The notes beneath the pieces were generated by a model. It was not told the DNA's origin and did not search any database. It saw only the letters and a program-made list of their open reading frames with translations. 64,000 nucleotides of DNA from Bugula neritina (lineage: Eukaryota > Animalia > Bryozoa): NCBI GenBank assembly GCA_964035545.1, contig OZ037768.1, forward strand, positions 23,779,319 through 23,843,318, read 5' to 3'. Below, one piece after another: positions 63,555-64,000 of the stretch (positions within the stretch are counted from its first letter, which is position 1; every line of letters begins with the position of its first letter). The translations under genes were made by a program, and so were the position numbers.

Positions 63555-64000
63555 ATGGAGGATATTTCTACTAAAAAAGATTATTTGGAACGTAAATTAG
63601 GCAGGGTAAGTATATTAAATAATTTGATCATTATTAATGTCTTTTGTGAGAATTATTACCCTGTAACTTACATTTGCACTACTATTATTCTATTCACTGT
63701 TACTGTACTATTTGTATTAGTATTGCTCTAAAGTATAAATTAGCGCAAACAGTATCGCTTTCACAATCACTATAGCAGTAGCATGGCATAGTACATTGAC
63801 ATTAACTGAACCAGTAAGTGGCACTATCTCATGGTTTGCTATTAATTTTATTTTTACAAGCCAAATGCTAAGTTGTATCCGACAATCAGTTCTCTTTTAT
63901 TAATTATAAATCGGCATCTGTATTTTTAGGAAGTGACAAACTTAGAACGTTTGAAGGCGTCACTTGATAGTAGCTCAACTCAAACGGTTTCCATGTTGAA
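63555..64000 (+). CDS. EXOC7: Exocyst component Exo70, first two coding exons (continues off the window)
   Basis: 63555-63605 plus 63930-64000 give MEDISTKKDYLERKLGR-EVTNLERLKASLDSSSTQTVSML, resembling the Exo70 N-terminal coiled coil. Only ~40 aa are visible. Confidence 0.65.

Noticed and set aside
10273-64000. Functional ER/endomembrane gene cluster (EMC10, RMC1, TMEM199, POGLUT, EXOC7)
   Set aside because: Such housekeeping genes are common; clustering cannot be told from chance without synteny or statistics.

Overview
AT-rich, gene-dense animal (probably invertebrate) genomic DNA with short GT-AG spliceosomal introns; most listed ORFs are single exons or repeat artefacts. Exon chains assembled by hand give: a SEC14/CRAL-TRIO gene (-, runs off the left edge), EMC10 (-), ABCF2 (+), PTGES3/p23 (-), BOLA1 (+), an orphan two-repeat protein (-), RMC1/C18orf8 (-), TMEM234 (+) followed only 11 nt later by TMEM199/VMA12 (+), an unknown gene (+), a POGLUT2/3 (KDELC)-type glucosyltransferase (-) and the start of EXOC7 (+). 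Four pairs are head-to-head, each flanked by unusual period-6 low-complexity DNA. Between ~40.0 and 51.8 kb lies an accessory island. It holds a decayed Polinton/Maverick (adintovirus) remnant (PLA2, integrase-chromo, hypothetical protein, small basic protein, major capsid). Next to it is a ~3.17-kb tandem array whose unit is a chimera: viral PLA2 fragment, copy of the TMEM199 3' end, a two-exon kinase-domain-only eIF2alpha-kinase-like gene, and a Gypsy-like LTR/gag stub. Best candidates for something new: (1) the apparent TMEM234-TMEM199 bicistron, (2) the virus-associated kinase array, (3) minisatellites that copy the splice junctions they abut, and (4) the promoter-flanking period-6 tracts. 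All family assignments come from motif recognition; no database search was run.
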